Part shown: in pieces, positions 9,208 to 18,103 of the stretch
How positions within the stretch are numbered: the stretch's first letter is position 1
Layout: each line of letters starts with the position of its first letter
From: a virus
Virus record (IMG/VR): IMGVR_UViG_3300008262_000016
Length of the DNA: 64,000 bases
Strand: one strand, 5' to 3'
The notes under the pieces: generated by a model
The model's database searches: none
What the model saw: only the letters and a program-made list of their open reading frames with translations
Told to the model about the DNA's origin: nothing
Translations under genes and position numbers: made by a program

Positions 9208-10574
9208 GGATTGTAATGCTCCAAGAAGTAGTTAAGGTCTTCTGGAGTTCCAATACCCCACATCCTTTCAATCTCCTTAACTCTCACCTTCTTATTATCA
9301 AGAATAGCCTCATTAAATGCTGGGCAGATATAAAACTCATTATTAGTTCTAATATCTTTCTCAATCATCTGCTCTGCGTACTTAACATAATCAGAACCTT
9401 TCTTCCAGAAGTAGACGCCAACAGTAGCATCATTACTGATAGGTTTCTTCTCAGCAACTTCAGATACGAAACCATCTTCACCAACTTTTGCATAAGACCA
9501 CTTTGGATGAGTTGCCTTAAAGGTTAGAATTCCAGCATCAATACCATCTGCATTAAATGCATACAAACATTCATTACTGTTCCACTCCATGAATTGGTCG
9601 GAGTTTGCTAGTAGCAGCGGATGGTCGTTATCAATATATTCTTTTGCTAAAAGTGTCGTGCAAGCAGAACCTTCTGTAAGACCATCTACCTGAACAATGT
9701 TACATCCAGGTACAATCAGCGTCAGTAGATACTGTAGACTATACTTCTCATAGTGCTCTTTACGAACAACGAAAGTATAGTTTGCATCAATATTCAAGTT
9801 TTCAATAACAACCTGAATCATTGGTTTCCCATTGACCTCAATCAAAGGTTTGGGGAATGTATATCCAGCAGAAGAGAATCTATTGCCTGCACCAGCCATG
9901 GGAATAAGAACATTCATTTTTTCAGACTTCCAAGGAATATGTGATACTTTTTGAGATGAGAATATTTTAAATACTTTATCAATTTTACTCTGGTTAAGGT
10001 CATACCTATTTTCAATAGGTACAAGGTGTGAACCACTATCTAAAGCACCTTGTCTACCAATATGACTATCTTCGAAGATTACTGTATCCTTAGGAAGGGC
10101 ATTACATGCAGTCATACACTTCCAGTACATTTCTGGAAATGGTTTGTTCTTGACTACATCTTCATTACTCACATAGTAATCAATGAACTCTAGAAGTCCA
10201 AGTTTAAGGAGAACTAGTTTAACAGTATTGCGAATACTATTACTAGCAACAGCAACTTGATAGTCTTTACTTTTGAGTTGTTGGAAGTAGTGCATCAACT
10301 CATAATCATGCTCAAGATGTGAGAAGATTTCAAGAGTTGCTTTTTGCTTATCTTCCCAAACCTGCTGATGCTTTTCTACAGGAAGATCTTTACTTTCAGT
10401 CAACATCGCCAACTTTCTAGAAGTTGGAAGTCCATCATAGGAACTTAGATGCTCATCTTTACTTATTTTATATTTTGGATCTACTTTTTCGAGAGCACAA
10501 TTAAGTGCTTCGTAATGCATATCTCTACTATCAATCAATACACCATCAAGATCAAAAATTACAAGTTTATTCAT
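9204..10574 (-). CDS. fusion of HAD phosphatase and BcbE-like nucleotidyltransferase
   Basis: N-terminal FDLDGVL, KP.P, EDS; C-terminal IPMAGAGNRF...PKPLI...GTPEDL. Confidence 0.85.
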   Translation of the reverse strand: MNKLVIFDLDGVLIDSRDMHYEALNCALEKVDPKYKISKDEHLSSYDGLPTSRKLAMLTESKDLPVEKHQQVWEDKQKATLEIFSHLEHDYELMHYFQQLKSKDYQVAVASNSIRNTVKLVLLKLGLLEFIDYYVSNEDVVKNKPFPEMYWKCMTACNALPKDTVIFEDSHIGRQGALDSGSHLVPIENRYDLNQSKIDKVFKIFSSQKVSHIPWKSEKMNVLIPMAGAGNRFSSAGYTFPKPLIEVNGKPMIQVVIENLNIDANYTFVVRKEHYEKYSLQYLLTLIVPGCNIVQVDGLTEGSACTTLLAKEYIDNDHPLLLANSDQFMEWNSNECLYAFNADGIDAGILTFKATHPKWSYAKVGEDGFVSEVAEKKPISNDATVGVYFWKKGSDYVKYAEQMIEKDIRTNNEFYICPAFNEAILDNKKVRVKEIERMWGIGTPEDLNYFLEHYNP

Positions 10575-11269
10575 GGCTTAACAACATATGCAGATGGGGC
10601 AAAAAAGTTTAATGAATTAATTTTAACATCATGATCGGAGAAAAACTTATCAACTCCTTTCGACTCAGACCAGTTATGATAAGCGTATTCATCAAAGACT
10701 ACTATTCCACCACTACTTACTCTATCCCATAAAGAAACTAAAGTATTGTATGTTGGTACTTCCAAATCCAAATCAAGGTATAGCAATGAAATTTTTGCAC
10801 CTGGTCTATTCTCTACATATTCTACTACAGTTTTAGAAATATCACCAGGTATTAACTCATATTCATGATCCTGAAAACCAGAAGAACGAATACTGAGATC
10901 TAGTTTTTGTTTAAAGTCTGAGTCATGCTCAAAATTTCTACCATCAAACAAAGTCTTCATGGCAGTTTGATCTTGATTCTTTAGAGTAGATGTAAGTTCA
11001 TCAGAATTAAAAAAGTCAAATCCAATTACCTTTTTATAAGTATTTGGACAAAAATATCTTTTCAATTTAAGAAAAGTAAAAAGACCAGTTCCTTTAAAAA
11101 CACCACACTCTACAATATCTCCAGGAACATCCTTGACTTTTTCAAATAATTGTGTTCTAGCTAAAAGTTTTCCAAACACTTTCAAGTCAGAACTAATCAT
11201 GAAAGTATTAAAACTATCATAAAAGTTTTGGTCAAGTGCAGTAACAAGTTCTAAATCTTTAAGGTTCAT
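10571..11269 (-). CDS. TylF/MycF-family sugar O-methyltransferase
   Basis: VPGDIVECGVFKG, GFD.F, LYLDLD, GGIVVFDEY. Confidence 0.8.
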   Translation of the reverse strand: MNLKDLELVTALDQNFYDSFNTFMISSDLKVFGKLLARTQLFEKVKDVPGDIVECGVFKGTGLFTFLKLKRYFCPNTYKKVIGFDFFNSDELTSTLKNQDQTAMKTLFDGRNFEHDSDFKQKLDLSIRSSGFQDHEYELIPGDISKTVVEYVENRPGAKISLLYLDLDLEVPTYNTLVSLWDRVSSGGIVVFDEYAYHNWSESKGVDKFFSDHDVKINSLNFFAPSAYVVKP

Positions 11270-11275
11270 TTTATA

Positions 11276-12001
11276 CTATTGGTGATACTTAGAGTTTTCT
11301 TTTGCAAGGTGAACTATTTTTGGTTCAAAATTACAATATTCTGAAAATAGTTCTGGGTAAGCAAATGATGGACTAAGGATATGGACATCATCTACTCTTT
11401 CGGAATAAAATTTATTGAGATGACTCTCATCGTGCCAGACTGCTATTACATTCCTTAAAAGATCATCTTCAGTTCTTTTTTGAAGTTCTTTCATCATATC
11501 TATCACATCTGGAACTCTGCCTCCCCACAAACATCCTTGAAAATAAGTAGTTGTATCATCTTCATCTGTAATACATGCCGATGAATCTGAATTAGTTTCA
11601 AATGCTCCTGGAAACTTTGTATGTGGATTCATTCCCAGAAAATGACAAGGGTGATGAACACCAATATAAGGTTTATCAGTTAATATCTCTTCTGGTTTTA
11701 CAGTGTCCACCAAACGCATATCGGCATCAAGGAATAGAAGATAATCATACTTACAAATGTCCTCATACGCTTTCAGAATAGTAGAAAATCTGTAGAGTGT
11801 AATATATGGCCAAGGAAGGTGCTCCTGATGATAAAGTGAAATATTATCAGGAAGTTCATCTAACTCACCATCCGTAAAAACAAAGTATTGCTTCTTATGT
11901 CCTGGTAGAAGATACTCTTCACAAGATTCATACCATGATGGGAGAAAGTTTAGATACTTGTTAGTCCCAATAAAAACAACTGCTAAGTCTGCAAGTTTCA
12001 T
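11276..12001 (-). CDS. glycosyltransferase family 6 (ABO-type)
   Basis: IGTNKY, YFVFTD, FLDAD, WHDESHLNK motifs. Confidence 0.88.
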   Translation of the reverse strand: MKLADLAVVFIGTNKYLNFLPSWYESCEEYLLPGHKKQYFVFTDGELDELPDNISLYHQEHLPWPYITLYRFSTILKAYEDICKYDYLLFLDADMRLVDTVKPEEILTDKPYIGVHHPCHFLGMNPHTKFPGAFETNSDSSACITDEDDTTTYFQGCLWGGRVPDVIDMMKELQKRTEDDLLRNVIAVWHDESHLNKFYSERVDDVHILSPSFAYPELFSEYCNFEPKIVHLAKENSKYHQ

Positions 12002-12798
12002 TAAATTACCTCCCAAGTTTCGGGATATAGATCTTTAGTGTCCTTATCATTTGAAGGAAACCATTTCTTTGGTGCAATAACTTTTCCCCTATTTCCCAAC
12101 CACGCTGCCCACCAAGAGAATGAAGAGTTAGCAATAATATATCCACTACACATACTCATTAAACACATATCAATATATCCATTCTCATTCTCAGAAACCA
12201 TAAAACGGTCATCTGCAAATATTTCTTGTTCCATACACCATTGTGGTTCATCCGAAAACACAATGACCTGAGCATCATCAGGGAACTTCATCAATGCCTT
12301 TTTATAATATTCAATATCAAGAGCACAATGGTTTGGGTTGGTCAGATAGTCTTTTCTACGGATATGGAGACCAACTGCCTGCCCAATGCCTTCCATCATA
12401 TCTGCACAAGGTTCAAGTATTTCACTCTTAAATGTGAAGTCCTTGCGAATAGTATCTTCTACATTCTTAAAATACTTTTCAGACTGAAAGAACCCATATA
12501 AACTAATCCAGTCAAAAGAGTTAGAGAATAGTTCTTGGTTGAAGTTGAATGTATTTTCACCAATAATAGGTCTATCAATATCAATCATTTGAATATTCAA
12601 TGGAGTTACCGTCTCCATTGTGAAGCAGTCAAATAGTTCTGTTCTGTTTGGATTTCCCAGACCATCATCAACTGCTTCTTTATAAAGTGGAAGGCAATAG
12701 TTGACTTCCTGCTTAGCAGCAATACCGCGTAGAGCAGCATATTGAAACATTTGGTTTCCCAAGCGTCCAAGTCTTCCTAAGTGATTAAAACCAATCAT
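12001..12798 (-). CDS. glycosyltransferase family 11 (alpha-1,2-fucosyltransferase-like)
   Basis: GRLGNQMFQYA, GFFQSEKYF, HIRRKDY, IANSSFSWWAAWL. Confidence 0.9.
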   Translation of the reverse strand: MIGFNHLGRLGRLGNQMFQYAALRGIAAKQEVNYCLPLYKEAVDDGLGNPNRTELFDCFTMETVTPLNIQMIDIDRPIIGENTFNFNQELFSNSFDWISLYGFFQSEKYFKNVEDTIRKDFTFKSEILEPCADMMEGIGQAVGLHIRRKDYLTNPNHCALDIEYYKKALMKFPDDAQVIVFSDEPQWCMEQEIFADDRFMVSENENGYIDMCLMSMCSGYIIANSSFSWWAAWLGNRGKVIAPKKWFPSNDKDTKDLYPETWEVI

Positions 12799-12854
12799 TA
12801 TACCTTTTTTTATTATTATACTAAAAAAGGACGACTCGCGCAAGCCGTCCTCAT

Positions 12855-12935
12855 TAGGTCTTTACATGCACGCCACTTGCTCTTTGTCCAGAAGCAAGAA
12901 ACTGGGCGGGGTATACCCCATCCGCACCAGGGTTT
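12855..12935 (-). ncRNA. probable wcaG RNA motif
   Basis: TGGTGCGGA-GGGGTATACCCC-GCC..TTTCTTG..AAAGAGCAAGTGGCGTGCATG upstream of a glycan cluster, followed by a terminator-like hairpin; recognised from memory. Confidence 0.6.
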
Positions 12936-12980
12936 TTATCGTGTCTCCATCACGGGCATATTGGGGATTGACTCCACCAC

Positions 12981-13214
12981 CTAGTTTGAATTAACTAGGA
13001 AAAGTTGGACTAGTTTTGGTATCTCAATAGCGGCATAAAAACCACACAAGAAAAGAATATCCCAGAACTTATATTTGATAGCAAAGGGAACGACAAAGAC
13101 ATTCCCAATACATTTTACAAATAGTCCGATTTTCATATCTCCCCATAACAGGAAAAAATAACCAGATAAGAGGAGGATATTACCAATGTATCTGAATACA
13201 TTAGACTTAGACAT
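12981..13214 (-). CDS. small membrane protein
   Basis: Hydrophobic ORF starting MSKSNVFRYIGN. Confidence 0.6.
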   Translation of the reverse strand: MSKSNVFRYIGNILLLSGYFFLLWGDMKIGLFVKCIGNVFVVPFAIKYKFWDILFLCGFYAAIEIPKLVQLFLVNSN

Positions 13215-13240
13215 AAGGGGTTTGCTCCCGACCAGTACTT

Positions 13241-13504
13241 TTAAAGACTCTCCGTGTCTTCGTCGTCTTTCACATATGCAGGAACCATATCTGGGTCTAA
13301 CCAACAAGTATAATCGTGGTCATCCATAGCGGTCATAAGTTGCATTTCATTGTCGCAAAGATACATATCACGGTAACGACCAGTATATGCGTCTACTTTT
13401 TGAATGCGACAATCAGGTTTTCCATTGATTTCCAAAGTACCGACCTGAACATAACGATAAGGAAACCGCTCAAGAAGAACAGTAGGTTTTTTGACGACTT
13501 TCAT
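13241..13504 (-). CDS. hypothetical cyanophage protein
   Basis: Clean ORF coupled to its upstream neighbour. Confidence 0.7.
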   Translation of the reverse strand: MKVVKKPTVLLERFPYRYVQVGTLEINGKPDCRIQKVDAYTGRYRDMYLCDNEMQLMTAMDDHDYTCWLDPDMVPAYVKDDEDTESL

Positions 13505-13719
13505 CAGGCAACCTCAATCGTTTCAAGATCCTGATAGAGATAATCCATCAGCATTTCATAGTCATCAAGGGGATCTCCAGAAAACACGACACCATTATTT
13601 TCATAATAGCGGCGAACTTTCTTATAAAGTTTCGGACTCTTTACATCAAGGTAGATATCCCCGTTAGCAGCAGAACGCAAAGTGCTAACATCTTTCTTGA
13701 ATTTTTCGATCAGAGACAT
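13504..13719 (-). CDS. hypothetical cyanophage protein
   Basis: ORF preceded by TTGACT-17-TATAAT at 13743-13771. Confidence 0.7.
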   Translation of the reverse strand: MSLIEKFKKDVSTLRSAANGDIYLDVKSPKLYKKVRRYYENNGVVFSGDPLDDYEMLMDYLYQDLETIEVA

Positions 13720-13794
13720 TGTTGTGTAATGAATACCTGAGTATTATAAGTGTTTGACTTTATATAGTCAAGGTGCCAGTGTTTAAACTGGCTA

Positions 13795-13868
13795 TCCGAG
13801 ATGCAGGATTCGAACCTGCGACCCCTTCAGCCCAAGTGAAGTGCGCTACCAAACTGCGCTAATCCCGG
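13795..13868 (-). tRNA. tRNA-Pro(UGG)
   Basis: Cloverleaf; CTTCA-CT TGG GC-TGAAG; GGTTCGAATCC. Confidence 0.92.
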
Positions 13869-13902
13869 TTGCGTTGAGTGGTCTTGCCTCTCAACAGAAG
13901 TA

Positions 13903-13931
13903 ATTATACTACTTCTTGTGCCCTTTGTCAA
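13903..13931 (-). promoter_or_regulatory. consensus sigma70 promoter for tRNA-Pro
   Basis: TTGACA-17 nt-TATAAT. Confidence 0.85.
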
Positions 13932-15054
13932 ATGGAGCCCAGTGTTGCCAGTCGTATTTGTGGACTGCCCAGATGCCCAAGATAGGCACAAAGACCATTA
14001 TGTAACAAATGAATCCAAGAAATAAATCATTGTTGAGTGCTGCTGCTGCGAAATGTCCCATATTAATCCCATTCCTCGTAATATCTTCTAAAGTAAGAAT
14101 CTACTTTTTTTAAATCATCTAGGTGGATATTACATGTATAGTTATTATCATCACACCATTGTAGAGCCATCCAATGAAAGTTTTCCTCTCTCATCACTCT
14201 TTCCACACCATAACTTCTAGCAAAAGAAGACATAACGAAGTTCCAACACTGACTAGTGTGCTGTTCCATTTCCTTTATAATCCTCTGAGTCGTAATAACT
14301 CCCTTTCTTTGATCCAACATATAAAGTAGCAACCACAAAAGGGATTGCTAATACAACAAGAAACCTTCCTAATAAATGGGGCATTACATTCCTCCGTTTC
14401 TAAATCCAACTAGGTATCCAATAATAAGTCCACACATAAATGCTACAAACATATAGAGCATATGTGAGAAAAAGTCAATGAAAATAAACCACTCTTCAGT
14501 CGTCATCTTGGTTCATTAACTCCTCTATTCGTTTTCTCATATTGGTCATTTTTTGTTTCTCGTGGTCCATATGAGTATATCCACGATGCCCTTTCATTAT
14601 CATTGTGCCTTGATAGAACATCGTGGCAGCAAAGATAAGAAGCAGAACTATACCTATTATTTCAGGGTAATGTTGAGCCATGGTAGTAAGGGTGGAATGA
14701 CGCCTATAAGCCTTAGCAGTCCTTCAGCAAATAAAGCAAGGACAACCCAACCAACGCACATAGAAATAATGGAAGCATTTCGATTGTGCCTTCGTATAGC
14801 AGCATCAATCATCTCCTGGCATTCAGAGCGAGTGATTAACTCTTCTTGTTCGTGTATCATTTTTCATCACCAAGAAACTTCGCCAGAGGGTCTCTTCTGG
14901 TCTTTACAATTTCTACTGCTCTCTTGTAGAACATATTGTCTGTGTTACCAGACTCTTCGAAGGTCGCCTTGATCTTCACCCAATTCTCGTAGGTGTGCTG
15001 ATCCATACGGGTTTTAAATTGAATACTACTAGCTATAATAGCAAGTAGTTTCAA
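13932..15054 (-). other. run of very short hypothetical ORFs, several hydrophobic
   Basis: Overlapping short ORFs (14063-14338, 14496-14681, 14657-14860, 14857-15054). Confidence 0.55.
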
Positions 15055-15115
15055 CCCGTCAACTTTGTGTTGATTTCAAAAAAGTGTTGAAGAAATTATT
15101 AAATCTTAAATAAAA

Positions 15116-15200
15116 CGGAGAGAGTAGGATTCGAACCAACGGAAGCTTTCACTTCGGCAGTTTTCAAGACTGCTGCCTTAAACCACTCGGCCATCTCTCC
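15116..15200 (-). tRNA. tRNA-Ser(UGA)
   Basis: GGAGAGATGGCCGAGTGG..GCAGT-CT TGA AA-ACTGC, long variable arm. Confidence 0.95.
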
Positions 15201-15206
15201 AAATTT

Positions 15207-15464
15207 TCAGCGAACTTCAAAGTCCAGTTTACGAACCTTGCGTTGCTTTCTTTGTTCTTGCCACAGGATATCTTCTTGTGTAAGAACACCCTTTTTATTT
15301 TTGGGTTGATAAGAGTTTAGCATAATAACATTAGATAAGTCAAGTGCTGAAATCTTATCACCACGAATAGTCGCCATATTAGGGCAACCACAAGTCACCG
15401 TTTTATTCTGATGCCCCTCTAACTCCTTACCACAGGAGCGGCATCTTATCTTAATGTTATCCAT
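15207..15464 (-). CDS. small Cys-containing (zinc-ribbon-like) hypothetical protein
   Basis: CRSC...CGC. Confidence 0.7.
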   Translation of the reverse strand: MDNIKIRCRSCGKELEGHQNKTVTCGCPNMATIRGDKISALDLSNVIMLNSYQPKNKKGVLTQEDILWQEQRKQRKVRKLDFEVR

Positions 15465-15487
15465 TATAAGTTAACTGTATTCAGTTT

Positions 15488-16024
15488 TCAGTTATTTATA
15501 TGAAACTTCGGATGTTGCTTGTCCTTACTATAACGCCCACCTTTACTCTTCTGGGGCGGTAAAGTTTTTTGTGCGTGACAATTAGGACAGACCACTTGTA
15601 GGTTTTCAGGAGAATGGTTAAAAGGGTCGTCGTCTATGTGGTCCACCTCAAGGCAGATTCGTCCTGTATGGATGTTTGTGCCAGACCAACCACAAAGAGA
15701 ACACTTACCCCCGCTCGCTTCCAGTAGATAGTTTCTTATGTATCCTGGCGTATCCCCCCTATCAGTTGATAATGCGTTGCCCGCCAACCAGTTCTCTACT
15801 TTTAGTTTCTTCCTACCAGCGGCACTACACTCATTGGAGCAAAACTTACCAGTGCTCTTCTTGGTCTGGTAGTCAAACTCCACACCACAGTGTTGGCAAG
15901 TGGCAGTCTTCCAGGCGGTTCTCTTACGCTTGGGCGTATTTTTGTTATTATAAATGGCGGCACAGGATCGGGAGCAGAACTTAGGTTTATCGTGCTCGCA
16001 TCCGCAGTTTAGACAACTATTCAT
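15488..16024 (-). CDS. HNH endonuclease, probably a homing endonuclease
   Basis: Cys repeats (KFCS..C) and LEVDHIDDD..NH..ENLQVVCPNCH. Confidence 0.88.
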   Translation of the reverse strand: MNSCLNCGCEHDKPKFCSRSCAAIYNNKNTPKRKRTAWKTATCQHCGVEFDYQTKKSTGKFCSNECSAAGRKKLKVENWLAGNALSTDRGDTPGYIRNYLLEASGGKCSLCGWSGTNIHTGRICLEVDHIDDDPFNHSPENLQVVCPNCHAQKTLPPQKSKGGRYSKDKQHPKFHINN

Positions 16025-16098
16025 AATAGAAACAAAGACCTATTATTATTTATAACATAAGTCTCCGTTTCTATTAAGTTGTCAGTAAACTCTAATAA

Positions 16099-16171
16099 TG
16101 CCCGATACAGGTAACGCTCCCGTCAATGTCTGAGTGTAAATCAGGTCCCTTCACTTGCTGGGTCATCGGGC
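16099..16171 (-). tRNA. tRNA-Val(UAC), atypical T- and D-loops
   Basis: GCCCGAT/ATCGGGC acceptor; CTGA-TT TAC AC-TCAG; T-loop AGCGTTA. Confidence 0.7.
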
Positions 16172-16193
16172 AGGTCTATTACACCTGAGTGTA

Positions 16194-16355
16194 TCAACAT
16201 TGTAGCATATACTCTACAGTTTTGGCAACATCTTCCATAGCCAGTCTCAAATCTTCCCTCTGCCCAGATTCTTGTCTGCAGATAGGGCGTCGGTCATCAA
16301 CAAGAGTCCAACGCCATTGATTCATATCAGCACAATACCACAGATTAATTTTCAT
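16194..16355 (-). CDS. hypothetical protein (53 aa), absent from the ORF track
   Basis: Manual translation MKINLWYCADMNQWRWTL... Confidence 0.65.
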   Translation of the reverse strand: MKINLWYCADMNQWRWTLVDDRRPICRQESGQREDLRLAMEDVAKTVEYMLQC

Positions 16356-16548
16356 TCTTCTGATATTCTAGTTTGATCCAGTTTAAAAGAGCATAAGTTT
16401 CTGATAGTTCTAACTTATGATCTTGGTAGTCAGTATCTTCCAACATACCCTCTCTTTCATAAAACTCAATCTCACTAGAAAGATAATCAATATAATGATT
16501 GATGGCGGTGATAGTAAGTTGCCTATCCCGTTGTGAAATAAGAGACAT
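16345..16548 (-). CDS. hypothetical protein
   Basis: ORF MSLISQRDR overlapping the next gene. Confidence 0.65.
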   Translation of the reverse strand: MSLISQRDRQLTITAINHYIDYLSSEIEFYEREGMLEDTDYQDHKLELSETYALLNWIKLEYQKNEN

Positions 16549-16761
16549 AAGACTTCTCAGTATACTACTATCTATTCAGGCAAGTATCTCCCACTTGCCC
16601 ATCAAGTTTTTTATGTTCTGCTGTATGAATTCCTTGTATCAACACAAAAGTGACTAAAAGAACTGTAGGCACTGCCCACATTTCATTTCCAATTGCTCTA
16701 AGGATCTTTAAAAGTTTAATCATAAAAAAGGGGTCCGAAGACCCCAGTATTATAGCATAAA

Positions 16762-17145
16762 TCAGAAGCTATAACGAACTTTAACTTCACCACCAAGATC
16801 AAGGACCTCAGAACTCATACCATACTCACCAGCAACTTTCCCTTTGAGGGAAACTTTCTTAGCAAGAGGATAAGAGAAACCTACTTCACCAACGGCAACA
16901 CCTTCACTCTTAGTTTTACCAGTGTTGAACTCATAACCAGGACCGATTTCGCCATAGACTTTCAGACCAGACTTACCAACCTTTTCATCATAACCAACAC
17001 GAAGTTCGGTTTGAGAACCTTTGTAGGTGCTCTTATCACTGGTAACAGAGATACCAGAGGTGGTCTTACTTTCTACATATGGACCAGCAAGGGCAGGTGC
17101 CGCAATCATCGGAAGTGCCATTGCGGCAAGAGCGATTGCTTTCAT
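16762..17145 (-). CDS. small outer-membrane beta-barrel-like protein
   Basis: Signal peptide (ALA-GPYV), amphipathic strands, C-terminal VRYSF. Confidence 0.7.
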   Translation of the reverse strand: MKAIALAAMALPMIAAPALAGPYVESKTTSGISVTSDKSTYKGSQTELRVGYDEKVGKSGLKVYGEIGPGYEFNTGKTKSEGVAVGEVGFSYPLAKKVSLKGKVAGEYGMSSEVLDLGGEVKVRYSF

Positions 17146-17278
17146 AAAAATCTCCTTTTATAAACATTAAATGTCTTCAATAAAAAAGACCCCTATATTC
17201 TAACAGGGGTCTTTAAGTTTGTCGTTAAGGTTTAGTTAACAATCAATGTGGACAGTTAGGTTCCACAAACCTTCTATT

Positions 17279-17638
17279 TCAGAAGGTGTACTTCACACCA
17301 GCCTTGATGTTGCTGGTCAGGTCATCACCAGTCAGGAACCAGTACTCACCATAGACGCTCAGGTTGTCGGTAGCGGCAACAGAAGCACCTGCCTTACCAG
17401 AAACCTTAACGGTTGCGTCACCACCTTCAGGAGTGGACAGTGCAGGACCAACCTGAACATAACCGTTAACGGTAGGAGACAGAGCACCTTCATAACCAAG
17501 ATGTGCTTCGGTCAGAGTACCGATGTAGTCAGAACCAACGACACCAGCGTTAGATTCTACATTAACATAAGGGCCAGCGAACGCAGCCGAAGCAAGGAAA
17601 GGAGCAGCAGCAACAGCTGCGATTGCGGATTTAAACAT
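17279..17638 (-). CDS. small outer-membrane beta-barrel-like protein (paralogue)
   Basis: Signal peptide (AFA-GPYVNVE), C-terminal VKYTF. Confidence 0.75.
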   Translation of the reverse strand: MFKSAIAAVAAAPFLASAAFAGPYVNVESNAGVVGSDYIGTLTEAHLGYEGALSPTVNGYVQVGPALSTPEGGDATVKVSGKAGASVAATDNLSVYGEYWFLTGDDLTSNIKAGVKYTF

Positions 17639-17807
17639 AATAGTACCTCTAAGTTTCTCGCAGAATTATACCTGCGGATGTAAGGAGAATCGACTTTCTC
17701 CGTTTCAGTGACTCAACGAGTATTTGAGGTTTTATCACTTGAACATATTTATTTTAACATTCGCTTAACCTTTTTGTCAAGGGGGTGGTTAACCGAATCT
17801 TTTAAAA

Positions 17808-17879
17808 AGCGGAGTATCGGATTCGAACCGACGACGAACTGCTTGGAAGGCAGCCATTCTACCACTGAATTAACTCCGC
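17808..17879 (-). tRNA. tRNA-Gly(UCC)
   Basis: GCGGAGT..GCTGC-CT TCC AA-GCAGT..GGTTCGAATCC. Confidence 0.95.
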
Positions 17880-17953
17880 AGGCGGTGGGAGATTGCTCTC
17901 CCAAACACTTGCCCACACGGAAGGGATTATAAGACGGAGTTTTATTTCCGTCA

Positions 17954-18026
17954 AGCCCCCGCTCGGAATCGAACCGAGAATCTTCCGCTTACAAGGCGGA
18001 TGCAGTAACCGTTATGCTACAAGGGC
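17954..18026 (-). tRNA. tRNA-Thr(UGU)
   Basis: TCCGC-CT TGT AA-GCGGA; GGTTCGATTCC. Confidence 0.95.
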
Positions 18027-18029
18027 AGG

Positions 18030-18103
18030 CTCCTGCTGCTGGGCTCGAACCAGCGACATCCGGATTAACAGTCCAGCGCAACTACCAACTGTGCTAAGCA
18101 GGA
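18030..18103 (-). tRNA. tRNA-Asn(GUU)
   Basis: CTGGA-CT GTT AA-TCCGG; GGTTCGAGCCC. Confidence 0.95.

Noticed and set aside
17881-17925. Short leader GTGTGGGCAAGT plus hairpin before tRNA-Gly as a sponge for host Yfr1 sRNA
   Set aside because: Only partial complementarity to ACUCCUCACAC; simpler to read as a tRNA precursor leader.
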